From a virus (Duplodnaviria > Caudoviricetes), in IMG/VR virus record IMGVR_UViG_3300026088_000015, positions 8,472 to 72,471 of that record: a stretch of DNA of 64,000 nucleotides. One strand, 5' to 3'. Of the stretch, positions 29,034 to 39,875 are shown piece after piece. Within the stretch, counting starts at the first letter, position 1. Each line of letters begins with the position of its first letter. A program made the translations under genes and the position numbers. The notes below the pieces were generated by a model. That model saw nothing but the letters and a program-made list of their open reading frames with translations, was not told the origin of the DNA and made no database searches.

Positions 29034-29251
29034 TAATATAATAGAAATATTTTATCATCCTCAATCCTAATCGTCATTTCCGTGCCATCAACTATGGGTA
29101 TCTCAATGCCTCTACTACAAAATACTATAGATATAAAATCTTTATACTTTTGTTCAACACTATTAAGTTCCATTCGCATTTTTTGTACTTGAATAGAAGT
29201 GCTTTCAAGCAATTCTTTTTCTTTTTGCGATATTTCAAATCTGTTTTCCAT
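29033..29251 (-). CDS. Small coiled-coil protein (fibre chaperone-like)
   Basis: 72 aa between fibre genes. Confidence 0.45.
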   Translation of the reverse strand: MENRFEISQKEKELLESTSIQVQKMRMELNSVEQKYKDFISIVFCSRGIEIPIVDGTEMTIRIEDDKIFLLY

Positions 29252-29255
29252 ATAT

Positions 29256-30665
29256 CTATGCTAATAAACCTATTCTTTTTAAAGCAGCAACTATTTGACC
29301 TCCCGTATATCCTCCCCATGTAGCAGTATCATTTGCTATTCCAGATGTATTTGCCACAAAGGCAGCAGCGGCAATAGCATTAGTTGGCTGCACATCCGGT
29401 GCTGTATTCCAAAATCCTATTTTTTGAAGATTTGTCAATCCAAGCTTTGATCCTGTTACAGTATTAAAAGCAAAGTTAGCTCCATCCTTAATGGAAAAAT
29501 TAAGGGATGTAATAGTTATTTGTGGTGATCCACCAACAGCCAGAATAAGTGATGATCCATTTACAGTGGTTGCGCCAGCAGATGTTTGTTGAATAGCATA
29601 TCCATTTGTAGTAGATATCGAAAACTGAGACAACATCATATTGCCTGTTGTAGCAGAATATAATCTTGCTTGTCCTAATATATGAGTGGAATCAACGTTT
29701 GGATTTGCCGTTATAGTTGTTCCTACCACTAATGCTTTAGCTATACCTACACCACCCGTTACTATAACAGCACCAGTTGTTGTTGTTGTTGAGTCTGTAG
29801 AATTTGAGAAAGTATTTACTGCGCTAAATGATTGTGTTGTTCCCAATCCAGCCAATGTTTCATTAGCCGTATTGGGAAGAGTCCAAGTCGTTGTCTGTGG
29901 CACTGATAATGTTGCATTGAAAGCACCGGTAGTTGTAAGATTCCCTCCCAATGTGATAGTCTTAGAACCATTATTTACTCCAGTTCCACCATTTGTTCCA
30001 GTAAGAAGTCCTGTTACGGTAGAGGTTGTTAGGGCTATAGTAAATCCACTACCAGTAGCACCGCTTGTAAGTGTCCCTACGGTAGTAATACTAGATTGTC
30101 CAACATACGATGAGGAAATATCAAAAACATTAGCAACGCTTACTGTGACCCTATTGGCAGTTCCTGTTAATGCTACCGCTCCAGTTAAACTATTTACACT
30201 ACTAACTCCTGTTACAAGAGCAGAAGTATTTCCATTCAACTTCTGAATAGCTTGAAGAATATTATCAGTAGCCACCACTGTACCGGCACCAGAAACATAA
30301 CCTGTAAGAACCTTTCCAATTACCGCTGAGTTAGTCAATGTCACTGCAAAAGATCCTGTGCCAGATCCTGTAGCTTCACCGGTAAGAGCTATTGTCTGAT
30401 CACCAGTATTGGTTCCAGATATAGTAGCATTACCAGTAGCGGTCACCATAAATGTTGACAATGTCAATGTGCCTGTACCAATAGTCAAGGTATTGCCATT
30501 CACTGTTGTCGGAGTGATGGCGCCCAATGTAAGAGTGATGGCAGGAGTGGTACTAGGATTAGCAACAACTGCGGATATGCCATTAGCGGTAACTACAGAG
30601 ACTGAGGTTACTGTACCTGATGAACTAGTACCTGCTTTAGGGAATTTTAAAGAAAAATCAGTCAT
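29256..30665 (-). CDS. Tail fibre protein
   Basis: T/G/S-rich beta repeats, VSSVNSLTGAVAL, AVIVTGGVGIAK motifs. Confidence 0.75.
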   Translation of the reverse strand: MTDFSLKFPKAGTSSSGTVTSVSVVTANGISAVVANPSTTPAITLTLGAITPTTVNGNTLTIGTGTLTLSTFMVTATGNATISGTNTGDQTIALTGEATGSGTGSFAVTLTNSAVIGKVLTGYVSGAGTVVATDNILQAIQKLNGNTSALVTGVSSVNSLTGAVALTGTANRVTVSVANVFDISSSYVGQSSITTVGTLTSGATGSGFTIALTTSTVTGLLTGTNGGTGVNNGSKTITLGGNLTTTGAFNATLSVPQTTTWTLPNTANETLAGLGTTQSFSAVNTFSNSTDSTTTTTGAVIVTGGVGIAKALVVGTTITANPNVDSTHILGQARLYSATTGNMMLSQFSISTTNGYAIQQTSAGATTVNGSSLILAVGGSPQITITSLNFSIKDGANFAFNTVTGSKLGLTNLQKIGFWNTAPDVQPTNAIAAAAFVANTSGIANDTATWGGYTGGQIVAALKRIGLLA

Positions 30666-31138
30666 TATTGTCCAAAGTTTTTACACGCTATGTAATAATT
30701 TGCTCCTATTTTTTTTATTGATAGGATATATTTGTCTCCTGACGCACCTATTAGTGATGCAGTATTATCACCTGAAGCAATCCCTTCACTTATACAAAGC
30801 GATGTTATTGGAAATGTATATATGGCAGATGTCGTATTTAATATTAATTCTATGGTAATATCATCACCAATATAAGATATAGTAAATGTCCTAGTCGGTG
30901 ATGAACTTGTAAGAGTATGTTTAGTATTAGTTAAATTTATAGTAGCTGAATCACTTAATGCAATTGCTGTATTGGCAACATCCTTCTTTAATAATAGTTG
31001 ATCATAAATTAATTTTGCTGAAGGATATTCTGTGTTACTAGATGCGACATTTATACTAGTTACTTTATTGGCAACATTCTCTGGAGTATATGCGAAAGTA
31101 CTCCCACTTTTAGGAAACTTTAGAGAGAAGTCTGTCAT
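30665..31138 (-). CDS. Short tail fibre-like protein
   Basis: YTPENVANKVTSI...YPSAKLIYD; same N-terminus MTDFSLKFPK as the next gene. Confidence 0.65.
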   Translation of the reverse strand: MTDFSLKFPKSGSTFAYTPENVANKVTSINVASSNTEYPSAKLIYDQLLLKKDVANTAIALSDSATINLTNTKHTLTSSSPTRTFTISYIGDDITIELILNTTSAIYTFPITSLCISEGIASGDNTASLIGASGDKYILSIKKIGANYYIACKNFGQ

Positions 31139-31139
31139 A

Positions 31140-31604
31140 TCAATAAACTACATCGAATGTTATCTCTTGCCCACCACCGCTAGCATCATAAACTATCGGC
31201 CTGATGCTATTATTAGAGTTCAACGATTCTACTTCATTAGGCTGCCATGGCTTACCATCGATCGTAGAGGTTACTGTCCCGCTTATGGTGATCATAATGG
31301 TTCTATAAAGAGTCCTGCAAGTTCTTACTACGTCTCCGGTTACATTGGAAGAAAACCCCTCACCAAGAATAAGAATAGTATCATCCTGGATACCCTCTAT
31401 TTGCCTTAATTCATTGGTGGTAGTACTATAAAGCCAGTCACCTTCTACCATTTCAGTGGTAAAAAGACTGCCCGTACCGGTAACTACCGTATCAATAGAA
31501 TTAAATGTTCCTGTTAAAAGTCTGCTTGTAGGAAGGGTTCCCTTATTGGGGAAGCCATCTACCCCGGTTATAAATCGTTCTGGATTACTTCTAGGGATTG
31601 GCAT
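31140..31604 (-). CDS. Probable tail/virion protein
   Basis: VTGTGSLFTTEM..GD motif of phage tail proteins. Confidence 0.55.
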   Translation of the reverse strand: MPIPRSNPERFITGVDGFPNKGTLPTSRLLTGTFNSIDTVVTGTGSLFTTEMVEGDWLYSTTTNELRQIEGIQDDTILILGEGFSSNVTGDVVRTCRTLYRTIMITISGTVTSTIDGKPWQPNEVESLNSNNSIRPIVYDASGGGQEITFDVVY

Positions 31605-31743
31605 AGTGAGGTCTTTTCCCTAAAAATACGTAAGGATGCCTCTTAATTGGATATTATAGGCATCTACGATAGTATTTGTAAAAATATTTGCATAGGTCAA
31701 AACATTTAACTATGTTTCAACGTTCAAACTAAAAACTATCTAT

Positions 31744-32193
31744 ATGAAAAAGCTATTATTAATTATTTTAATGTTTGTCTCTGCTGTTTGTATTGCACAG
31801 ACTGAGAAGCAAATTAGAGCAATATTCCCACGCATTGACTTTGCTCATTTTAATCGATCAGATATCGAATTAAACAAGAGTGGTAAATCAACTATCCTTG
31901 CTGGAGTATCAGGAGACAGTGTATTCCTATGTTATATTACTAATAGAAAAGTAGAGTCCATTGATATTTATGCACGATACAGATATAATGACCAAGAACA
32001 TGGCACGTTTTATTATATCGAAAATATTCAAGCTGCCTGGATACCTATCAGCAAAAAAACTATTATTGCTAAATGTTATATAGGCAATATAAAAGATATT
32101 GAATTATCAATAAAAGGGTACAAATACGAAATCCTTCTTACAGAACATGCCCATAAGAAGGAGTATACGCTTTATGAAATAATTATTTACTAA
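31744..32193 (+). CDS. Secreted protein inserted antisense in the tail module
   Basis: MKKLLLIILMFVSAVCIAQ Sec signal peptide. Confidence 0.65.
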   Translation: MKKLLLIILMFVSAVCIAQTEKQIRAIFPRIDFAHFNRSDIELNKSGKSTILAGVSGDSVFLCYITNRKVESIDIYARYRYNDQEHGTFYYIENIQAAWIPISKKTIIAKCYIGNIKDIELSIKGYKYEILLTEHAHKKEYTLYEIIIY

Positions 32194-32519
32194 GACTTGA
32201 ACTTAGGATTAAGCATTTTAGCTTTATACTTAATCGTCTTTTTCTTCTCTTTAGGTGTAAGGGTACTCTTTTGGGTACCCTTATATTGACCTGCATCATT
32301 TAATGTGCCTAATCCCTTTTTAAGAGCCAGCGGAACATTATTGTTTCTCATGACAGTTTCGTTGACTGCTTTTTTAACACGAGGATCAGCATTCATTCTT
32401 TTTGCTACATCCTTACGATCTTGAGCATTATCCTTAGCTCTATCGGTATAAGGCTTAGCGGCTAATTTTGCTTGTTTTCTTTTACCCGGGCCAGGGCCTT
32501 TTGCTATTTTGTAGTCCAT
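32190..32519 (-). CDS. Small highly basic protein
   Basis: K/A-rich, 109 aa. Confidence 0.55.
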   Translation of the reverse strand: MDYKIAKGPGPGKRKQAKLAAKPYTDRAKDNAQDRKDVAKRMNADPRVKKAVNETVMRNNNVPLALKKGLGTLNDAGQYKGTQKSTLTPKEKKKTIKYKAKMLNPKFKS

Positions 32520-32531
32520 AGTAGTTTGAAT

Positions 32532-35500
32532 TTAATGTTTCTTTTTTTTCTTTTTAATGCCAAATATTTCTTGTTTTGCTTCTATAGTTGCTTCTCTTTT
32601 GTAAGAGTCAATTTCATCCTTCACATCCCCAGGAGTCATTTTATCTAATTTCCCCATGTTAGCAATTATTCTTTTTTTAATAAATGCTCCACGAGCCTTA
32701 CTATATTCATAATACTCTCTGTCGCTTACTTCTCCTTCCCATCCTGTATCATTTAAACTAGATTGCAATTGATTCTTACTGACTTTACCTATCCATGCTT
32801 TATTATTTATAATAACATCCCATGCTGCTGCAGTCTGCGCATCATCAATTTTATTGTAAGATACAAATTTATCCGTATCCGGCACAATAGGGTCACCCAA
32901 GGCATTTACCATATCATACATTCCGGAGTCCAGCCCAGGTATATCACGGTAAAAGTTGTGCCAGAAGGAAGATGTTTGCTTCATAGGAGTGTCCGTTGTG
33001 GCCATGATATCCTTGGCAATCTGAGTATAAGCATTAGGAACTACATATCCTTTTGCTGCACTGGCCAATACCTTTTTAAGAGTGTTTACACTAGCCGTAG
33101 GAGTATCTTCAGAGAAGGCAGACATAAACTCACTCATACCCTTTAAGAAGGTCATATCAGTTATAAACTGCATTCCCTTCCATGTATTTATGAATAATGT
33201 TTCTGCTATGGTTTTATCGTCCAACGATTCCGATTTATACTTTTCATTGTCGCGCAAGTTGCCAATAATAGCGAAAGGAATAGCGAAAGGAGTATTTAGA
33301 TATGAATACCATTTGTCCCCTATTTTGATTGAATATTTTTGCCATCCTTTTTGGGCTAATTCATAGTTCTTTTTAACATCTCCAGTCCCATCAGCGGTAA
33401 TCCTAATAAGCCCGTCATCATCATCTGACATAGCATAAGCAGCCATCATGGCAAGCACTCCAGCAGTTGCTTTTATGGTAGCCTTCTTCTTTTCATCGGC
33501 AGAATATTGCCGTTTATACTTTTCAGTTGCAAGAGATCCTGTTCCAAATATGGCCCTTTTATACCCCCATGGGGTCCATTCTACATATCGATTGGCCACA
33601 TTGGAGACAATTCTTGTAAAAGGAACTACATATTTCAAAGGTTTTATGCCTTTAAATCCTACCTTTTCTACTACACCAGCAACAGCATCGGTGATCATCC
33701 CTAATGTTCCATCAGCGGGGCCATTGAATGTACTGCGCAATGCAAAATCTGCACTATCTTCGATTATCTCTTGACTTCTATTTTGTTCAAGAATCTCAAC
33801 TACTCTTCTTTTTAAATCCAGGCCACTTAATCCTTCTTCTTTAGCCTGTGCTTCAGCAGCTACTTTCTTTTCTTTGGTATTATTAAGCGTTTCAGATACA
33901 GCCTCCCATATTTTAGTATCCGGAAATTCCTTTTTCTGAACTCGCGCCATATCAGCAGCCATCTCTGAAGCCCTCATTTCTCTCAATCCAGAATAAGCAA
34001 CTGCATCAGCAGCGCTCATCAGTCTTGATACATACTTCCATGCAGTGAAAGGATGTTTTATTTTTATATCCGTGAATGGTATTCTTAATTTTGGAGCCAC
34101 TTCTAAGGCGTTAGGACCTTCTACCTTCTCGTTTTTAACAGGAGAATATCCAGTAGCTAGCGTCGCTCTTGCCTCTAGTAGTCCTTTTCTATATCCACTT
34201 AATAACCCTCCTACTAATATTCCTGTATTTTTCGGCTGCTTAGCCATAGACACAGTTAGCTCTCCCACCGTCTCCACAGCGTTGGCAAAAGAGTTTGTTA
34301 CATGAGTTTTATATCCAGAAAGAACATTCGCATACCACACGGAAGTAGCTATATCGGTCCAGTTCACACCCTTAAGGGTGGTTTGAAATTTATACAAATC
34401 CTGAATAGCTCTTGACTTCTGAAATCCTTCTGGAGTAGTTTGTACCCTATTGGCCAGTTCGCGTAGTTTTGTAGTCTGTTCTTCGGTTAATTCTTTAGCA
34501 GAAAATTCATCTGCATAAATTTCAGATAGCGCCTTTTCATCTACCGATCCAACATTGCTAAGTTCTATTACTTTTTCGTAAGCTTGCTTAAGCTTTTTAG
34601 GATAAACCTTGTCTTGAAATTTAGTTTTTGCCTTCAGGATAGATAGTTTTTTTTCATTTGACAACCTATCAAAAGTATCTTCCACTAGTTTTGCTAATTG
34701 AGCCGCATCTGATTCAGAGATATCAAGATCATCAATTAATTTATCTACTAAATCAGATTTTTTCTTTTGTACTTCGGAGTAATGCTGAGTGACTATTTTA
34801 TCAAAAGTCTCATCAATATTTTCCTTAACTACTCTCTCTGTCTTATTTTTTATCTTATCAGACTTAGCCAAAGAAGATAATTTCTGTCCCTCATGAGAAG
34901 CGTTCCATATATCATCAATATAAGGCTCCGAATCATCTCCAAGTTCAGCACGCATCTTTCTTGACCACGACTTAAAATCATAGTAACCTTCTTTGATAAG
35001 GTAGTATCCATACTTAGCTCCTTCAGCCAATATTTTAGCTGTCAACTGAGGATCGATACCAGAACTAGCCCTAGAATTTAATTCCTTGAAGAGATTAGAA
35101 AGATTATCCTTAATCTCCTTTTTGGCCTTATTTATCTTCTGTCTTTCAGTTTGCTCTTTTTCTTCAGTACCTTTTTCTTTCTTAGGTTTTCTTTCTTTTA
35201 TTTGATCGAGTTTACCTTGGATTCTTTTATCTTTTCTGGTTTGCCCGGCAATATTTTTGTTGGTGTCGTTGAGCTCACTAGCAAGGGTTGCAAAGCGACC
35301 CTTGTTCTTTTCTTTGTATTCATCTCTTAATTTATTAATAGCACTGTTACTGGCAATGACATGCACCTCCGGAGAAGCATCTTTCATTAATTTATAAGCG
35401 TTTGCCGCTCTACCAGTTTCAGTAGCCTGTTCTTTTACTGCTTGGTCAATAATTTGACTTTGTATCTGAGCATATTCATTGGCCACAACTTTATTTCCAG

Positions 35501-38123
35501 CTTTGATAGCTTCATTGTATTTTTTTGCAAAATGCTTTAATCCTGAAGCACGAATAGCTACTTTAACGTGTTCTTTTACACTATCAGGAATATTGAGAAC
35601 ATAAGCCAACGCCTGATCATCTCCTCTTGCAATATGTTCACTCAATAAATCATCCGCTTCTTTAGCTGTAACGGCTAGACTTTTTACTGGATAAACCGCA
35701 TTAGCGAGCGCTCTGGCCTTTACTTCTTGGGGAATGTCAGATCTGCCCTGAATAGTAATTGCCGTCTTTCTAATAGCCTCTGATGGCTTTGTTTTAGGCA
35801 ATTTAGCCTCTTCTATAAGTTCCTGATCTGGACTTTCCTGGGTTCCGGTATTTACTTCCTGCGACTCTTCCCCGCTTTGCTGTAGGCTATTGCTATTGCC
35901 TGCCTGATTGCCGCCTCCTTCGATTTGGGGTGCGACATTCCTATTGCTCCCTTCTTCTTGAAGCTGTTGATCAGTTCGGATATGTTCTGCTGAATCACCT
36001 CCGGTTTCTTTCCTTCTTCTAGTGGCATCTTCTTGAATATTTAAATTTGCTATTTGCTCTTGCGCTTTTTGGATATACTGATTCCTAAGAATTTTCTTCC
36101 TTGCGTTATATTTTTCCTTATAAAGTCCTATCAATTCAGATCCTATCTCCTTTTCTCTTTCTGCCGCTTTCTGAATTTGAATACCAGTGGTCGCGGAAGA
36201 ATATGCCAGTTCCCTCTCCAAGATTAAATCTTTTATCCTAGCATCTATTCCAGATGTCTTACGAGTAAGATCATCCATCATAGGCTTATTAATATCCTCC
36301 TTCTGAATTTCCAGCATTTCTAACTGCTGAATTTCATCATTGGAAATATTGTCTTTTTTATCTAAAATCTCAGTAACCCCATTGTCAATATTTTGAATTC
36401 TTGCAGCACTTTTAAGAGTTTGATTTTCTGATTGCAGTGTCTCTACTTCCTGCTGTTTTTCAACAACATAATCAATAGACTTTTGATATTCTGCTTTTTC
36501 TTTTGGATCTGTCGCAGTATCTCTTCTGTATTTAAGCCCAGAAGATACTCCGCTTAAAGTGCCTCCTAATAAGCCTCCAATTAATCCTGCCTCAATCAGT
36601 CCGTCTGTCCACTGCCTTGTTTCATCATAAGATAAACTTGCGTCCACGTTAGAGAAGAATTGCTGAGCAACCTCGGTAGCGGCTTCTTCGCTAAACCCCT
36701 TGGCACCATTAACTATCATAGAGGTAATTCTAGTTTTTAATCCTCCTCCACTTAAATCATCAAGCCTGTCAAAGAATTTACCAACAGGAAGGGCTTCAAG
36801 AGGAGCGGAAATAATGGCATTTCTCATTCCTGAGTTCCATGCTTGATTTCTAGCCTCTTCTTCATCTACTCCTTTTTCACGAAGAGTAGTATAGGCTTGT
36901 TCATATTCTGAATTGAATATCTGGGTAGTAGATATTACCGATCCAGGACTTGCTACATAAGTGCCTAATTCTTTAAAGGCACCAATAGTAACATTTGGAT
37001 TCCTAAGAGCTGTTTGGCTCAGCATTTGCGTACTACTCTTAACTGCTCCACCGCCTCCTATAAATATGGTCATTAAATCAGCAATAGCTGGCATTACTTT
37101 GGCCTGCAAAGAAGTATCAAATTCTTTTAATCCTCCACTTTCTGTTGGATTCCAAAGGGAATACCATTCTCCATTTCCGAGATATTTATTAGTGAAATCC
37201 CTATAAGAATCAGCCCATTGGCCACTTACGTAATCTTCATAAGGTTTATCTGGATTTGTTTCAGTTGCTCTATCTAAATAATAAGCACCTCGTGCCACAA
37301 AATCAAGGACAGAAGCAGGAGTCTGAAAAAATGCCTTATTAAATCTAGCCCCAGCATCATTTAATGGATACATTGTGGCTTCATAAGCATTCATTTGAGA
37401 ATAATTAGCATCTTTTATTGCCTCATTCTCTTGTTCTTGTTTTTCTAATGCTTTTTCTTTAAAATATTCAGATTTCTGCTGATTATTCAAAGGGTCTGCG
37501 GCAGGAATACCATTCTCTGTTCCATTTTGACTGCGTTGCGCTGCAGATATTGGATTATTAAGAATGTTTGGATTATCCGTTTGTGTAGTCTGTAGGAAGG
37601 GACTCGTCTTAGCAGGTCCACCTTCAATAGGAATAACAGTAGACGGTTGATTAGTAGAAGGCTCCGCTGCAAGCTCTTCATCAGTCACTCCTCCTTTAGG
37701 TGCTAAATCAGGAGCAAAAGTTGTAGGTAGTGAATTTTTATACTGATCAAATACATTCTGAGCATCAATTGGTGGAGCAGAAAGCGTCCCAGGCTGATTT
37801 GCACCTGCGAATAAATCTCCACTTGTTCCAGCCGGTGAATTTGGGCTGAGCGGGGGCGCTTGGCTTTGGTCTTGGGGTGTATTTCCTTTTTTTTTTACTA
37901 CTGCAGGTCCACCATAAGCACCCACAAAAGTGGTACGGAATTCTCCATAGGTTTTAGCTGCAGTCTTGCCTTCTGACTTAAGCTTATTATACCCTTCTTG
38001 TAAAGAAGTCTCAAAATCAGCAGGATCATTATATAGCTTTTCCTTGATAGCATCGTATTGTGATGTATCTCCGCCATAATATTTATTGACTACAAAATCT
38101 ACTAATGGATTAGGTCCTGGCAT
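32532..38123 (-). CDS. Large ejection/cargo protein (large polyvalent protein-like)
   Basis: 1863 aa, mostly helical; C-terminal GWQKYSIKIGDKWYSY..PF segment resembling LPD38-like tails; position after the muzzle. Confidence 0.7.
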   Translation of the reverse strand: MPGPNPLVDFVVNKYYGGDTSQYDAIKEKLYNDPADFETSLQEGYNKLKSEGKTAAKTYGEFRTTFVGAYGGPAVVKKKGNTPQDQSQAPPLSPNSPAGTSGDLFAGANQPGTLSAPPIDAQNVFDQYKNSLPTTFAPDLAPKGGVTDEELAAEPSTNQPSTVIPIEGGPAKTSPFLQTTQTDNPNILNNPISAAQRSQNGTENGIPAADPLNNQQKSEYFKEKALEKQEQENEAIKDANYSQMNAYEATMYPLNDAGARFNKAFFQTPASVLDFVARGAYYLDRATETNPDKPYEDYVSGQWADSYRDFTNKYLGNGEWYSLWNPTESGGLKEFDTSLQAKVMPAIADLMTIFIGGGGAVKSSTQMLSQTALRNPNVTIGAFKELGTYVASPGSVISTTQIFNSEYEQAYTTLREKGVDEEEARNQAWNSGMRNAIISAPLEALPVGKFFDRLDDLSGGGLKTRITSMIVNGAKGFSEEAATEVAQQFFSNVDASLSYDETRQWTDGLIEAGLIGGLLGGTLSGVSSGLKYRRDTATDPKEKAEYQKSIDYVVEKQQEVETLQSENQTLKSAARIQNIDNGVTEILDKKDNISNDEIQQLEMLEIQKEDINKPMMDDLTRKTSGIDARIKDLILERELAYSSATTGIQIQKAAEREKEIGSELIGLYKEKYNARKKILRNQYIQKAQEQIANLNIQEDATRRRKETGGDSAEHIRTDQQLQEEGSNRNVAPQIEGGGNQAGNSNSLQQSGEESQEVNTGTQESPDQELIEEAKLPKTKPSEAIRKTAITIQGRSDIPQEVKARALANAVYPVKSLAVTAKEADDLLSEHIARGDDQALAYVLNIPDSVKEHVKVAIRASGLKHFAKKYNEAIKAGNKVVANEYAQIQSQIIDQAVKEQATETGRAANAYKLMKDASPEVHVIASNSAINKLRDEYKEKNKGRFATLASELNDTNKNIAGQTRKDKRIQGKLDQIKERKPKKEKGTEEKEQTERQKINKAKKEIKDNLSNLFKELNSRASSGIDPQLTAKILAEGAKYGYYLIKEGYYDFKSWSRKMRAELGDDSEPYIDDIWNASHEGQKLSSLAKSDKIKNKTERVVKENIDETFDKIVTQHYSEVQKKKSDLVDKLIDDLDISESDAAQLAKLVEDTFDRLSNEKKLSILKAKTKFQDKVYPKKLKQAYEKVIELSNVGSVDEKALSEIYADEFSAKELTEEQTTKLRELANRVQTTPEGFQKSRAIQDLYKFQTTLKGVNWTDIATSVWYANVLSGYKTHVTNSFANAVETVGELTVSMAKQPKNTGILVGGLLSGYRKGLLEARATLATGYSPVKNEKVEGPNALEVAPKLRIPFTDIKIKHPFTAWKYVSRLMSAADAVAYSGLREMRASEMAADMARVQKKEFPDTKIWEAVSETLNNTKEKKVAAEAQAKEEGLSGLDLKRRVVEILEQNRSQEIIEDSADFALRSTFNGPADGTLGMITDAVAGVVEKVGFKGIKPLKYVVPFTRIVSNVANRYVEWTPWGYKRAIFGTGSLATEKYKRQYSADEKKKATIKATAGVLAMMAAYAMSDDDDGLIRITADGTGDVKKNYELAQKGWQKYSIKIGDKWYSYLNTPFAIPFAIIGNLRDNEKYKSESLDDKTIAETLFINTWKGMQFITDMTFLKGMSEFMSAFSEDTPTASVNTLKKVLASAAKGYVVPNAYTQIAKDIMATTDTPMKQTSSFWHNFYRDIPGLDSGMYDMVNALGDPIVPDTDKFVSYNKIDDAQTAAAWDVIINNKAWIGKVSKNQLQSSLNDTGWEGEVSDREYYEYSKARGAFIKKRIIANMGKLDKMTPGDVKDEIDSYKREATIEAKQEIFGIKKKKKKH

Positions 38124-38141
38124 TATTAATTATTTTATATT

Positions 38142-39875
38142 TTACCATTGTGCCGGAACTATTGCCGGAGTACTGGTGCTTGTTGCTACATTTTTAAGAT
38201 TCAGTGCTGGATTATAAAGCTTGCTATCTATCTGCTGCTGAGTGATACCATAGTTGGCTTCCATCTGCTTATTTACTTGATAATAAGGTACTCGAACTGT
38301 ATATTGATAGATGTTTTTCCCTATTCCCTTAATCTCGTCTCCCGATGCCTGAGCATCAGCTAATACTTTCTGATATTCTGGACTATTCTTATCGTAGTCG
38401 CTCATGTCAACAGTAACAGTGCCATTTACATAAGGGACGTATTGAACGCCAGAAGTTTTTCTTATTTGGCTTTCATTTTCCACTAAAACCTTTCCACTTG
38501 AATTAGTTGGAAGAAGAGATACTCCTGTAGGCTTAAATTGAACGCCACTCACATATTTACTTGCAAGCTTTTTATCATTAAGCACATCGGCAAATGGAGC
38601 ATTTACCTCTACATTGGTAATATTGTTTGGCGTAATAACAATAGGTTTCAATTTAGATTGCTCCAAATACACAGTACTTGGAACCCATCCAGTCTTAATA
38701 GCAGCCCTGCTAGACCCTTCTCCTACTGGGTTATTGAAGTTTGTTATATAGAAATTCTTGTTTTGATTAAGCTCGGTAGCGGTTCCAATGGAATCATTAG
38801 ACCCAATACCTCCTTGAACTGCTTCCTCCTCTTGACTATATTCATAAGTCTTTTGAACAGACTGCTTATTTCTGCTTTCAAGATCTTGTCGAGCGATATC
38901 CCTAACAAGGTCATCTTGTTTAAGATTCTTTCTAACTGGATCTCCATTCTGACGAATCTGCTGATAAATCTGATCTCCTTCCAATCCTGCATATTGAGGA
39001 TATAGTTCAGGGTGAGCTTTTATGTAGGCCACATCTGCATTATATATTTCTGGGAGTGTTTTATTTGCATAGTAATCTTTTACTGCTCCATAATCAAGAT
39101 AGTTATTCAATACATCATCGGAAACACCAGGAGAATAGGTTCCATCATTGTTTCTTTTCATGTATATGCCATTCTTGATATTTTGAACTACGGTAGTATA
39201 AGGTCCGTTTTCAATATCAGTCTTATTGGCAAATTCATTTAATCCAAGCTGCTTATAATTGTTAGTAAAATTATCGGCAGCGGCTTCAATATTATAAAGA
39301 TCAGGGTTTGCTTTAGGATCATATACGCTTACTTGCTCTTGCTGTCCGTATTTGTTTGTTCGCGTGATCGTTCCACTATACGTTCCGATCGGAGTAGAAT
39401 TATAATTTACATTACTCAGTGTAGTGGCTTCTCCTTGATTATATTCGTTCTTTCCAAAAGCTGAAGCGTAATCAGGGATAGTCTTATCAATATCATTCAA
39501 ATAAGAAGTATGCTCATTATTACCTGTCTCTGCAAATGAATTTATATCAGCATTTAAAGCTGCCAATCTTTGTACGTCTACCTGCCCACTATCCAGCATT
39601 GCTGCCGCTTCTTGATTAAACCTGCCTTTGTATTTTTCGTACTGAGGAGTATGCTTTCCCTCAGCGTTAACGAAGTTGAATTTATTGATTTGATCTTGAA
39701 GTGCCTTTTGTCTTGCTGCTTCAGCCTTTGCCTTCTGATCATTAATTTGAGCCTGCAATTCAAAGCCGCGCATGTCCAGCGGTGGGACCTGATTAGAGGA
39801 CACGCCAGCTTCGCCATACCCTACACGTGGGTCAACTCCTAATAACTTCTGAGATATAAGATCCGTTTGGGCCAT
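38142..39875 (-). CDS. Ejection/cargo protein
   Basis: 577 aa, Q/N-rich; podovirus cargo position. Confidence 0.6.
   Translation of the reverse strand: MAQTDLISQKLLGVDPRVGYGEAGVSSNQVPPLDMRGFELQAQINDQKAKAEAARQKALQDQINKFNFVNAEGKHTPQYEKYKGRFNQEAAAMLDSGQVDVQRLAALNADINSFAETGNNEHTSYLNDIDKTIPDYASAFGKNEYNQGEATTLSNVNYNSTPIGTYSGTITRTNKYGQQEQVSVYDPKANPDLYNIEAAADNFTNNYKQLGLNEFANKTDIENGPYTTVVQNIKNGIYMKRNNDGTYSPGVSDDVLNNYLDYGAVKDYYANKTLPEIYNADVAYIKAHPELYPQYAGLEGDQIYQQIRQNGDPVRKNLKQDDLVRDIARQDLESRNKQSVQKTYEYSQEEEAVQGGIGSNDSIGTATELNQNKNFYITNFNNPVGEGSSRAAIKTGWVPSTVYLEQSKLKPIVITPNNITNVEVNAPFADVLNDKKLASKYVSGVQFKPTGVSLLPTNSSGKVLVENESQIRKTSGVQYVPYVNGTVTVDMSDYDKNSPEYQKVLADAQASGDEIKGIGKNIYQYTVRVPYYQVNKQMEANYGITQQQIDSKLYNPALNLKNVATSTSTPAIVPAQW

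Noticed and set aside
32532-38123. Virion RNA polymerase call for the 1863-aa protein
   Set aside because: No DxDxD catalytic motif seen; composition is mostly helical cargo-like
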